From an uncultured Collinsella sp. (GTDB lineage Bacteria > Actinomycetota > Coriobacteriia > Coriobacteriales > Coriobacteriaceae): a stretch of 64,000 nt of DNA. The stretch is taken from NCBI GenBank assembly GCA_958420205.1, contig CATZIX010000007.1, positions 63,490 to 127,489 of the forward strand. The letters run 5' to 3'. Of the stretch, positions 46,324-57,170 are shown in pieces. How positions within the stretch are numbered: the stretch's first letter is position 1; each line of letters opens with the position of its first letter. The position numbers and the translations under genes were made by a program. The notes below the pieces were generated by a model. The model had not been told where the DNA came from. It did no database searches and saw nothing but the letters and a program-made list of their open reading frames with translations.

Positions 46324-47663
46324 TCGACCGCCGCGCCCAGCGCGATAGTTCAATATCAATCTTTCGCATCATTGCCGTTGCCTGCGCCATTTGCGTGCTG
46401 GTGTACTTTATTTTTGCCTTGGTGACCGGTATCGAGCCGATCGCCACGGTGATTGCCTGCGCGCTGCTGTGCATCTTTCTGTACATCTTTATCTTTTTGA
46501 CGCTCAATCCCGATTCGGTGCGCTCCCAGTACACCGAGGAGACGCTCTCGGTGGCCTCGGCCATGCTTGAGGACATTAAGGGCGGTCTGACGCAGGAGTC
46601 GGCGCGTTTGGTGTGCCGGCGCATTTTGCCCGAGACGCGCGCCATGACGGTGGCCATCACCGACGAGGGCAACGTGTTGGCCTGCGCAGGCGAGTTTGAG
46701 GAAAAACTACTGCCAGATTCTCCCATCCACACGCTTGCCACACGCTACGTTATCGAACATGGCATCGTGCAGTCGTTCAACCGTATGGTGGATGTCGTGG
46801 GCTCGGATGGCTCGCACAACCAAGTCCCCGCCGGCATTATCGCCCCCATCAAGGTGGGCGATCGTACCGTCGGCACGCTCAAGTTCTACTACAAGACCCC
46901 GCGCGCCGTCGACCGTACCCAGTACGCGCTTGCCTCGGGCTTTGCCGAGATCTTGTCCACGCAGCTCGCCATCCACGAGCTCGAGGTGCAAAAGGAACTC
47001 ACGGCGCGCGCCGAGGTGCGTGCGCTGCAAGCGCAGATTAACCCGCACTTCCTGTTCAACACGCTGAACACCATTGCATCGTTTACGCGCACCGACCCGC
47101 TGCGGGCCCGCGAACTGCTTCGTGAGTTCTCATCGTTCTATCGTGCCACGCTCGACAACTCGGGATCGCTTATTCCGGTCTCGCGCGAGGTTGCACAGAC
47201 CAAGCGCTACCTTACCTTTGAGAAGGCCCGCTTTGGCGAGGACCGCGTGCTTGCGACGTTCGATGTGTCCGAGGACGTGGAAGATACGCTGGTGCCGGCG
47301 TTCGTGATCCAGCCGATTGTCGAGAACGCCGTACGTCATGGTATGGGCGATGACGACGCCCTGAGGATCGACGTGACCGTTCACCAAGACGGCGAGGATG
47401 CAATCTTGATTGCCGTGGCCGATAATGGCGTGGGCATGGATGAGGGTACCGCCGCCAGACTGTTTGACGAGCGTTCTGCCCGTCCCGACGCCAGCTCTCC
47501 CCAGGGTGGCGGCGCCGGTGTGGCCATGCACAATATTTCGGAGCGCATCCATCGCTTTTATGGGCCGCACTCCTATACGCGTGTCGAATCGGCGCCGGGC
47601 AAGGGCACCAAAGTGCTCCTTCATCTTGATTTGTCAGAGAGCATCTTTGACATTCAAGAGTAA
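46320..47663 (+). CDS. LytS/YehU-type sensor histidine kinase, paralog of 40339..41793
   Basis: VRALQAQINPHFLFNTLNTIASFTR, IQPIVENAVRHG and DNGVGM. The 2TM-GAF-like-HK architecture is the same. Confidence 0.82.
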   Translation: MIDRRAQRDSSISIFRIIAVACAICVLVYFIFALVTGIEPIATVIACALLCIFLYIFIFLTLNPDSVRSQYTEETLSVASAMLEDIKGGLTQESARLVCRRILPETRAMTVAITDEGNVLACAGEFEEKLLPDSPIHTLATRYVIEHGIVQSFNRMVDVVGSDGSHNQVPAGIIAPIKVGDRTVGTLKFYYKTPRAVDRTQYALASGFAEILSTQLAIHELEVQKELTARAEVRALQAQINPHFLFNTLNTIASFTRTDPLRARELLREFSSFYRATLDNSGSLIPVSREVAQTKRYLTFEKARFGEDRVLATFDVSEDVEDTLVPAFVIQPIVENAVRHGMGDDDALRIDVTVHQDGEDAILIAVADNGVGMDEGTAARLFDERSARPDASSPQGGGAGVAMHNISERIHRFYGPHSYTRVESAPGKGTKVLLHLDLSESIFDIQE

Positions 47664-47735
47664 AATAAAAGGCTACGGGCTCAACGTCATGCGACGGATG
47701 CCCGGCGTAGTTAGTTGACGAAAGGTTTTATCCCT

Positions 47736-48452
47736 ATGCTGCGTGCGATGATTGTGGATGATGAGGCGCCGGCTCGCTCGGAGCTTCGCTTCCTGCTCGA
47801 GCAAACGGGCAAGATCGGCACGATCACGGAGGCGTCGAGCGTCCGCTCCGCCATCGAGATGCTTATGGAAAGTCGCGTGGATGTCGTGTTTCTCGATATC
47901 TCGATGCCCGGTGCCTCGGGCCTGCAACTTGCCGAGGCGCTGCATAAGCTCAAAAATCCGCCGGCGATCGTGTTTGTGACTGCGTATAGTGACCATGCGG
48001 TCGAGGCATTCGACGTGGATGCCGTCGATTATCTGATGAAGCCGGTCGAGGAAGCTCGCTTGGATCGCGCGATCGAGAAGGTCATGCAACGCACCAAGCC
48101 GGTTACGGACAGCAAGGTGACCATCGAGCGTATCCCGGTGGAAAAGGGCGGCCGCAAGGTGCTCATTCCCGTGGACGACATTCGCTTTATCATGGCCAAG
48201 GACGATTACTCCTGCATCTATACCGTCGATGATCGCTTTTTGTCGACGACCTCGCTGGCGCAGTTTGAGGCCAAGCTCTGCGACTTTGGCTTCTTCCGTG
48301 TTCACCGCCGCTATATCGTCAACTTGGCGTGCGTCACGGATGTCGAGACGGTGCCCTCGGGTGCCATCCAGCTGGGCATTACGGGCGTCGACGAACGCGT
48401 GCCGGTTTCGCGCCGCCGCGTCGTGCCGCTCAAGAAGGCCCTGAGTCTCTAG
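47736..48452 (+). CDS. LytR/AlgR-family response regulator, paralog of 41832..42566
   Basis: MIVDDEAPARSEL...DVVFLDISMPG, then the LytTR segment FFRVHRRYIVNL. ATG 47736 is preferred over the TTG track start at 47715. Confidence 0.85.
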   Translation: MLRAMIVDDEAPARSELRFLLEQTGKIGTITEASSVRSAIEMLMESRVDVVFLDISMPGASGLQLAEALHKLKNPPAIVFVTAYSDHAVEAFDVDAVDYLMKPVEEARLDRAIEKVMQRTKPVTDSKVTIERIPVEKGGRKVLIPVDDIRFIMAKDDYSCIYTVDDRFLSTTSLAQFEAKLCDFGFFRVHRRYIVNLACVTDVETVPSGAIQLGITGVDERVPVSRRRVVPLKKALSL

Positions 48453-48549
48453 CACACTGGCCCCGCAGCCCTGTAGACCCATCGTCTGCGGAGCCGTGGG
48501 GCCTTTTTTGTATGTATCTGCCGAATCGTTTTTTTGCGGAAGGGATCCC

Positions 48550-49017
48550 ATGAACAGTGCAAGCGCCAAGCGCATCGACATCATCTCGGACACCCACGGC
48601 TATTTATCGCCTGCGCTCCTGGACGAGCTTGAGGGCGCGGATCTGATTATCCACGCCGGCGACCTTACGTCAGAGATGGACTACGAGCACCTATGCACCA
48701 TCGCCCCCGTGCGGGCCGTACTGGGCAACAACGATTACTACCGTGACTACGGCCCCGATGTAGACCGTCTTGCACTCTTTACCTACGAAGGCCTCAAATT
48801 CGCCGTAGCCCACTACCGCGAAGACCTTCCGGTGGGATCCGTAGACGTAGCCATCAACGGCCACACCCACGTAACCAAAGAAGCCCAAGTGGGCCGTTGC
48901 TTAGTCCTCAACCCGGGCAGCGCCAGCTACCCCAGAGGCACCCGAGGCCCCACCATGGCCAGAATGCTAGTAAAAGACGGCAAGATCATAAGTACCAAGT
49001 TTATTGACCTAGACTAA
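48550..49017 (+). CDS. YfcE-like metallophosphoesterase
   Basis: IISDTHG, HAGD, GNND and NGHTH are calcineurin-like phosphoesterase motifs. The ATG follows GGAAGGGA. Confidence 0.82.
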   Translation: MNSASAKRIDIISDTHGYLSPALLDELEGADLIIHAGDLTSEMDYEHLCTIAPVRAVLGNNDYYRDYGPDVDRLALFTYEGLKFAVAHYREDLPVGSVDVAINGHTHVTKEAQVGRCLVLNPGSASYPRGTRGPTMARMLVKDGKIISTKFIDLD

Positions 49018-49029
49018 CCGCAACAAAAA

Positions 49030-49059
49030 CGGGGGATGCACAATGCGTCCCCCGTTTTT
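49030..49059. terminator. bidirectional terminator AAAAA-CGGGGGATGC-ACAAT-GCGTCCCCCG-TTTTT
   Basis: A 10-bp stem (one G:T) flanked by an A-run and a T-run. Confidence 0.7.
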
Positions 49060-49175
49060 CTTTAAGCCAAAGGCCGAAGTTCAACAAGATCCATCAGACC
49101 AACCCCGCCGAAGAGCACGCGGGCTAGCCGCGCAGCGGCGCACGCCCGCAAAACTGGTTGAATAATGTGACGGCA

Positions 49176-49318
49176 GGGAGGGTCTCCGGGGCTGAGGGCG
49201 GGGGTTAAGTTTGTCGCGAGTTCCGCACGCAAAGGAAAGCACTTAATGTGCTTTCCGTCTTGCGCAGGACTGTAGAGCAGCAAACTTAACCCCCGCCCTC
49301 AGCCCCGGAGACCCTCCC
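49176..49318. repeat. perfect 38-bp inverted repeat (GGGAGGGTCTCCGGGGCTGAGGGCGGGGGTTAAGTTTG and its complement) with a 67-nt spacer containing a 9-bp hairpin
   Basis: Verified base by base: arms at 49176..49213 and 49281..49318. The inner hairpin is GGAAAGCAC-TTAAT-GTGCTTTCC. Confidence 0.85.
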
Positions 49319-49427
49319 GGATGGCCCCGAAAAATTTTTTCAAAAAAGTTGTTGCGCGCCGGACAGACTTCTGTGTATACTAATCCCCGCAGCACACGCG
49401 AGCGGAAACAAACGCGAACGTCTGCCT

Positions 49428-49505
<78 letters not shown>

Positions 49506-49513
49506 ACGCAATT

Positions 49514-49541
49514 AAAGCCACGTCTTCGGACGTGGCTTTTT
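49514..49541 (+). terminator. rho-independent terminator AAAGCCACGTC-TTCG-GACGTGGCTTTTT after tRNA-Asp
   Basis: A perfect stem followed by a T-run. Confidence 0.8.
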
Positions 49542-49864
49542 GCGTTTGATGCACTTTGTTTTGATAGAACGATCGCCCTGGTGCATCTTCGCCCAGAACC
49601 CCCGCGCCTTCGGGAACGCAAGTAAAATCTAATGAGTATATCTGTCTGAACAACAGCTTTGTTGCGCAACACCTGTTCTACGAGACAGGGGGTTAGGTTA
49701 TACTAAATTGCACTGTGCGTCGCATCTGATGCATTTCGCTCCAAGCGCGGCACTCAGTGGATATCCGATTTACCATTTGGATGTCCTGGCGGTCATTTAG
49801 CGTCTCGACACAAGCTCGGCCCCGGAGCTCGTTCGAGCTGTTCGTATTCCTTGAAAGGGGAAAA

Positions 49865-50350
49865 ATGGACATATCGAGGAAGACTGATTACGCCCTTCGT
49901 ATGCTGGCGATGCTTGCCGAGGATCCGGAGTGCTTGCTTTCTGTTCGCACCGCTGCCGAAGAGGTCAATGTTCCGTATTCGTTTGCCCGCTCGATTCAGC
50001 ACGGTTTGGTCCAGGCCGGTATTGTGGAGAGCCTGCGTGGCGTCCACGGTGGCATGCGTCTCAAGGTCAGTCCGGACGACGTCACTATCCGCCAGGTCGT
50101 CGAGGCCGTTCAGGGTCCTATGGTTATGAACGATTGCACCGCGCCCGATGGTGACTGTGCGCGCATGGGCGCGTGCTGCTATCATCCCCTGTGGGCCGGA
50201 GCTCAGGCGTTGATGCGCGACTACCTCGATTCCGTTTCGCTCGGCGACATCGTCGCTCACCGCCAGTTCCCGGCCGTCGATCCCAAGTTCGCCGACCGCG
50301 AAGCGTTTCCCGAGTACGCCACCTGCGCGTGCGCTTACCGGGAGGAATAG
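49865..50350 (+). CDS. Rrf2-family transcriptional regulator (probable Fe-S cluster ligands)
   Basis: MDISRKTDYALRMLAML is the Rrf2 N-terminus. The Cys cluster is CTAPDGDCARMGACCYH. The ATG follows GAAAGGGGA. Confidence 0.85.
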   Translation: MDISRKTDYALRMLAMLAEDPECLLSVRTAAEEVNVPYSFARSIQHGLVQAGIVESLRGVHGGMRLKVSPDDVTIRQVVEAVQGPMVMNDCTAPDGDCARMGACCYHPLWAGAQALMRDYLDSVSLGDIVAHRQFPAVDPKFADREAFPEYATCACAYREE

Positions 50351-50371
50351 CGCCGCATAAGGAGCATAGCC

Positions 50372-51277
50372 ATGATTCAGGACCCCTTTCGTTCGATGAT
50401 TCGTTCGGAAGGGGTCCTGCGTTATCGCGACCTTCCGTGGCGCCGCACACGCGATCCGTACATCATTTGGCTTTCTGAGGTCATGCTGCAGCAAACACAG
50501 GTGCCGCGTGTGGAGGCGCGCATGCCGGTGTGGCTCGATCGTTTTCCGACTGTGCAGGCGCTTGCCCAGGCCGCGCCTTCCGATGTTTTGGACGCTTGGC
50601 AGGGCATGGGCTACAACCGACGCGCTCTGGCGCTTCACGGGGCCGCTCAGCGCGTTGTAGAGGACTGGGACGGGGAGTTTCCGCGTGAGACGCGTGACTT
50701 GGTCGCTCTGCCTGGTATTGGCCCGGCAACGGCGCAGGGTATCCGTTCGTTTGCGTTTGATCTTCCGGGCGTGTATTTGGAGACCAATGTGCGCACGGTC
50801 TTTTTGCATCATTTCTTTCCCGATGTGCCGGCCGTTCCCGATCGCGAACTGGTGCCGCTGATCCAAGCTGCCTGTCCGGCGGTCCCCGGTGCGGCGGCGG
50901 ACGAGATCGCGCCCTTTGCCGCGCCTCAAGACGATGCCGACACGCCGCGCGCGTGGTATTACGCATTGCTGGATTACGGCGCGTATCTTAAAAAGACACT
51001 GCCCAATCCGTCCAGGCGGTCGGCGGGCTATAGTCGTCAGTCCAAGTTTGAGGGCTCGCGCCGCCAAAAGCGCGCGCATATCGTGCGTATGTTGTTGGCA
51101 GCGCGCGATGGGCAGCCGGCGGGGATTACGCTTGCTGATGCCGTGGTGGGCGTTAACGAGATGGAAGCGGCAGCCGGTCGCGGGCCGGTCGAGTGCGACT
51201 TGATCGCGGGCATTCTAGCTGACCTGGAGCGCGAGGGCTTTTGCCGAGCCGAGGACGATCGTTGGTTGAGTGTGTAG
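50372..51277 (+). CDS. HhH-GPD base-excision glycosylase (MutY-like N-terminal domain, no Fe-S Cys cluster)
   Basis: WLSEVMLQQTQVPRV...W.GMGYNRRALAL...LPGIGPATA. The region where MutY/Nth carry CX6CX2CX5C has no cysteines. Confidence 0.65.
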   Translation: MIQDPFRSMIRSEGVLRYRDLPWRRTRDPYIIWLSEVMLQQTQVPRVEARMPVWLDRFPTVQALAQAAPSDVLDAWQGMGYNRRALALHGAAQRVVEDWDGEFPRETRDLVALPGIGPATAQGIRSFAFDLPGVYLETNVRTVFLHHFFPDVPAVPDRELVPLIQAACPAVPGAAADEIAPFAAPQDDADTPRAWYYALLDYGAYLKKTLPNPSRRSAGYSRQSKFEGSRRQKRAHIVRMLLAARDGQPAGITLADAVVGVNEMEAAAGRGPVECDLIAGILADLEREGFCRAEDDRWLSV

Positions 51278-51391
51278 CCCGCTCAAATCTGAAGAACGGG
51301 ATTGTAAGGTTTAAATTCGCGGCTTGAGGGCATCCTAAAGACAAGGTCGCTCAAAGCCTATGGGCGGCACGTGTTGAAGGGAAGTACACCT

Positions 51392-51931
51392 ATGGATTTT
51401 GAGAATTCCCAAACCAAGAAGAACCTCGAGACCGCTTTTGCCGGTGAGTCCCAGGCACACACCAAGTATCGCTACTACGCATCTAAGGCCAAGAAGGATG
51501 GCTACGTTCAGATTTCGAATATCTTTGCCGAGACGGCGGGCAACGAGTCCGAGCACGCCAAGCTGTGGTTTAAGTATCTGCACGACGGCGCCGTTCCGGG
51601 CACTCTGGACAACCTGCGCGACGCCGCCGCGGGCGAGAACTACGAGTGGACCACGATGTACGACGAGTTCGCCAAGACCGCCGAGGAGGAGGGCTTTGCC
51701 GAGATCGCCGAGAAGTTCCGTGGTGTCGCCGCCGTCGAGAAGGCCCACGAGGAGCGCTACAACAAACTCGTCGAGCGCATCGAGTCGGGCGAGGTGTTTG
51801 AGCGTGAGGGCGTGAAGGTATGGAAGTGCCTGAACTGCGGGCACCTGCACGTTGGTGCCGAGGCGCCTGAGGTGTGCCCGGTGTGTAACCACCCGAAGGC
51901 GTACTTTGAGGAGCAGGTGGTGAACTACTAG
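51392..51931 (+). CDS. rbr: rubrerythrin
   Basis: The diiron four-helix motifs are [13 protein letters not shown] and EHAKLW / GENYEW. The C-terminal rubredoxin-type motif is CLNCGH...CPVCNHP. Confidence 0.92.
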   Translation: MDFENSQTKKNLETAFAGESQAHTKYRYYASKAKKDGYVQISNIFAETAGNESEHAKLWFKYLHDGAVPGTLDNLRDAAAGENYEWTTMYDEFAKTAEEEGFAEIAEKFRGVAAVEKAHEERYNKLVERIESGEVFEREGVKVWKCLNCGHLHVGAEAPEVCPVCNHPKAYFEEQVVNY

Positions 51932-51952
51932 CGCGTGGCGCTGGCATGAGCT

Positions 51953-52117
51953 GGGCCGGGAGGGCGGGATTACCTTCCCTCCCCGCTCACGGCTCCGCAG
52001 GGTCGCGTTGAGGGAAGGTAATCCCGCCCTCCCGGCCCGCTTTGGGTCGTCGCGTGCTCGCTACAGAAAAGCTGATTAGAAGTTTGTGTGCCGCCCCTTT
52101 TGGGGCGGCACGTTTTT
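51953..52117 (+). repeat. structured intergenic repeat, copy A: 29-bp perfect hairpin arms, conserved loop, conserved tail, terminator GTGCCGCCCC-TTTT-GGGGCGGCAC-GTTTTT
   Basis: Arms are at 51953..51981 and 52010..52038. The tail and terminator are near-identical to copy B. Confidence 0.8.
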
Positions 52118-52202
52118 GTGGGGGCCGGTTGGGGCGGTGACGTTGCTTAGAGGGTACACTGGGTAGCGTTGGCTATTCGTTTCCTCTTGTGAGGTGTTGG
52201 TA

Positions 52203-52835
52203 ATGGGTAAGAAGCCTCGGGCTCGGGTTGCTGCGGCGGGAACTCGCAAGGATCCTGGTCGTCGGGTTGCCGAGGGTAAAAAGGCCGATCGTGCCGAGAA
52301 GGACAAGAAAGTCGGCGCGCATGCTCATCCTGAGTGGGCGCCTCATTTGAATTCGGCTAGTGAGGATTTGACTGCCAAGTTGTTTACTCTGGTCGAGGAA
52401 ATTTTGGGCGTGGTGCCCCTTGTGGTTATCGGTTTATTCTTGGCTTCGAAGGACGCCACGAGTGTCGATAAACTCACCGAGGTCTTTTCGCAGGACCCCT
52501 CGATGGTGGTCTCGTTTATTTCTGCGTGCTTGCAGCCGTTTGTGGCGTACATGCTGTATATGGTCTACCGCAAATACTGCGAGGGTGATGCGGGCTTTGC
52601 CGCCGGTAACCTGATCGGTCTTTTGTGCTCCGAGATCCTACTGCTCAATATCCCGGGCGTCATCGGTATGGGCATCTTGCTGTGGCGTGTTTGGCGCAAC
52701 GTCGCCCCGCACTTTGAGAGCTGGTTGTTTGAACGCCGTGCAATGGGCGTGCTGGCAGACATCGCGGGCTCGCTCGTGATTCTAGCCTTGGCGTTTATGT
52801 GCGCCACCGCCACCCGAGGTCTCGCGGGCATCTAA
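52203..52835 (+). CDS. hypothetical polytopic membrane protein with a basic N-terminal tail
   Basis: ATG 52203 follows GAGGTG. About 4 TM helices. No domain recognised. It is bracketed by repeat copies A and B. Confidence 0.5.
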   Translation: MGKKPRARVAAAGTRKDPGRRVAEGKKADRAEKDKKVGAHAHPEWAPHLNSASEDLTAKLFTLVEEILGVVPLVVIGLFLASKDATSVDKLTEVFSQDPSMVVSFISACLQPFVAYMLYMVYRKYCEGDAGFAAGNLIGLLCSEILLLNIPGVIGMGILLWRVWRNVAPHFESWLFERRAMGVLADIAGSLVILALAFMCATATRGLAGI

Positions 52836-52854
52836 AGCTGCCTCCACCGACTGC

Positions 52855-53021
52855 GGAGCACGGGGCGGGGAAACACCTTTCCCTCTCGCTCACGGCTGCG
52901 CAGGTCGCGCGAGGTAAAGGTGTTTCCCTACCCTGTGCTCCGGCTTCGGGTCGTCGCGTGCTTGCTACTGAAAAACTGATAAGAAGTTAGCGTGCCGCCC
53001 CTTTTGGGGCGGCACGTTTTT
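52855..53021 (+). repeat. structured intergenic repeat, copy B
   Basis: Arms are at 52855..52885 and 52911..52941 (31 nt, a few G:T pairs or mismatches). The loop TCGCTCACGGCTGCGCAGGTCGCGC and tail GGGTCGTCGCGTGCTTGCTACTGAAAAACTGATAAGAAGTT match copy A. The terminator hairpin is identical. Confidence 0.8.
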
Positions 53022-53274
53022 GTATGGGGTCCCTGTCTTCACAATTTCCGTCAAGCTTTTGGTTAGATTTTGGTCAGTTGGCGTAAGGGTGGAAGGCCAA
53101 AAGATTGCTGACGAAAAAAGCTCAGAGAAAGTGCTGGTAGGGGAGTTGTTGAGCTTTTCGACAGCTTTTGAGCAAAAGAAACTTTGTGGCTATTGCCGGC
53201 GATTGCGTTGTCGCGGTCATGGCGGTGCGGGATGCTGGTCGTAAGCGTCGAATGCTCCGATTTTGGAGGCCAGC

Positions 53275-53697
53275 ATGGATCTGTTTCTTGAGACTCCGCA
53301 GCAACAAGCTGAGCGCATGCTGCGTCAGCAGCAACGACTCATGGAGATGCAAATGCAGGGGGCGGCAGCCCAGCCCCCTGCGCAAAATGCCACGCCTGTG
53401 GTTTCGCCTGCGGGCGAATCGGCACCAGAGGCCTATTCCGTACAGCAAGATTCATATGCGCAGGAGCTCGCGTTCGACAAGCGTCGTGCGCGTCGTCGCC
53501 GCGTGGGCCAGCGCCTGCGCACCTTGACGATGATCGTGCTCATCCCGTTAGGGCTTGTGGCCATCTTTCTGGCGTCGTATGCCCTCACGTGCATCCTCAA
53601 CGGCGCATCGCCCAACGAGGTGCTCCAACATCTGTCAGCCCTCGGCCAGCGCCTAGGCGACGTCATGACAACCATTCGCACCGGCTGGGAGAGCTAG
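53275..53697 (+). CDS. hypothetical single-pass membrane protein (Gln-rich N-terminus)
   Basis: GGAGG lies 6 nt before ATG 53275. TM helix is MIVLIPLGLVAIFLASYALTCIL. Confidence 0.45.
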   Translation: MDLFLETPQQQAERMLRQQQRLMEMQMQGAAAQPPAQNATPVVSPAGESAPEAYSVQQDSYAQELAFDKRRARRRRVGQRLRTLTMIVLIPLGLVAIFLASYALTCILNGASPNEVLQHLSALGQRLGDVMTTIRTGWES

Positions 53698-53821
53698 CGT
53701 TTTAGCGTCCGCGGCTCTAAGAGAAATTTGTCTGCAAGGCAGTGGGTGATCCGTGCGTGTGGCGGGGTAAGATTGATCGCGGTTTTGATTGGTGCTCGAT
53801 TGGGTTTGTTGGGCGGAGTTT

Positions 53822-55177
53822 ATGTCTGCTATTGATATTGTGCTTGTTGTGATCGCCTTGGTGGCGGTGGGAGTTGCTGTGGCTTGCGCCCTCCAGCTTA
53901 AGAGCCTGCGTGCCGAGTTGCGGGAGCGTGGCGACAGTAGCACGGAAACGCTGGCAGCACTCGAGCAGGCCAACAACGCGCTCGATGCCCTGAACGCCGC
54001 GCTGGCCGAAACCCGCCGCACGGCCAATGCCATCGCGCAGCAGCAGACGACCGATGCGGCCGTGGAGCAGCAACGTTACCTGGCCATCGCACGCGAGTTC
54101 TCGCAAGCTGGTGACCGGATGGATGACCTGCGCCGCGAGACGGCCCAACAGCTCGGTGCCAACCGCGAGGGCATCGAGCGCCGCCTGGACAAGGTGCGCG
54201 AGACGGTCGATGCCCAGCTGGGTGCTATCCGCAAAGACAACAACGTGCAACTCGATCAGATGCGCGCAACGGTGGACGAGAAGCTCTCCCGCACGCTCAA
54301 CGATCGCCTGTCGGCATCGTTTAAGCAGGTGAGCGACCAGCTCGAAGCCGTCTACAAGGGCCTGGGCGATATGCAATCCATCGCCACCGGCGTGGGCGAT
54401 CTTAAGCGCGTACTGGGCAATGTGAAGGCGCGTGGCATTTTGGGCGAGGTGCAGCTGGGTGCAATTCTGGCGGACATCCTTACACCCGACCAGTATCTGG
54501 AAAACGTCGCCACCAAGCCCGGCGCCTCGGAGCGCGTTGAGTTTGCCGTCAAGCTGCCGGTGGACGAGGGCGACCCCGTGCTGCTGCCGATTGACTCCAA
54601 GTTTCCGGGCGACGCGTACGAGCACCTGCTCGACGCGCAGGAGTCGGGCGATGCGGAGACCGTGGCGGCTGCGCGTAAGACGCTCGACACCATGGTGAAA
54701 CGCGAGGCAAAGGACATCTGCGAAAAGTACCTGAGTGTGCCGGCAACGACCAACTTTGGCATCATGTTCGTGCCGTTTGAGGGGCTGTACGCCGAGGTCG
54801 TCAGCCGACCCGGGCTCATCGAAACCCTGGGCCGCGACTATCATGTCAACGTTGCCGGTCCCAGCACTATGGCCGCCATTCTCAACAGCCTGCAGATGAG
54901 CTACCAGACGTTTAGGCTGCAAAAACGTACCGACGACGTACTGCGCGTGCTTTCCGCCGTCAAGGCCGAGCTGCCGCGCTATCAAAAGGCGCTGCGCCGC
55001 GCCCAGCAGCAGATCGAGACCGCGGGCAAAACGGTCGAGGGCATCATTACCACGCGCACCAACGTAATGGAGCGCAAGCTCAAGGACATCGACGCACTGG
55101 AAGACACCGACCAAGTCGATGAGATCTTGGGACTCACGCCCGCGGGCCTTCCCACAGACCAAGAAGACGAGGACTAA
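53822..55177 (+). CDS. rmuC: DNA recombination protein RmuC
   Basis: An N-terminal TM helix is followed by a long coiled coil. The RmuC nuclease-like C-terminus is GILGEVQLG...VEFAVKLP...LPIDSKFP...IMFVPFEGLY. Confidence 0.85.
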   Translation: MSAIDIVLVVIALVAVGVAVACALQLKSLRAELRERGDSSTETLAALEQANNALDALNAALAETRRTANAIAQQQTTDAAVEQQRYLAIAREFSQAGDRMDDLRRETAQQLGANREGIERRLDKVRETVDAQLGAIRKDNNVQLDQMRATVDEKLSRTLNDRLSASFKQVSDQLEAVYKGLGDMQSIATGVGDLKRVLGNVKARGILGEVQLGAILADILTPDQYLENVATKPGASERVEFAVKLPVDEGDPVLLPIDSKFPGDAYEHLLDAQESGDAETVAAARKTLDTMVKREAKDICEKYLSVPATTNFGIMFVPFEGLYAEVVSRPGLIETLGRDYHVNVAGPSTMAAILNSLQMSYQTFRLQKRTDDVLRVLSAVKAELPRYQKALRRAQQQIETAGKTVEGIITTRTNVMERKLKDIDALEDTDQVDEILGLTPAGLPTDQEDED

Positions 55178-55304
55178 TTGCAACAAGACGGCGGGGCACC
55201 GGTGCAAACGCGGGCGCCCTACCGCCTTTCGTATCGCACTTGTCTGGAGCGTGCTCCAATGTGCAACAATGGCGTTTCGCCCTATCAGATGCGAAAGGAA
55301 GCCC

Positions 55305-57107
<1,803 letters not shown>

Positions 57108-57170
57108 GCGTCTCGGACGTGGGACAATTGTGCCCATAAGTTTATTGTGCCGTCGAGCCGAGGAGTCGTT

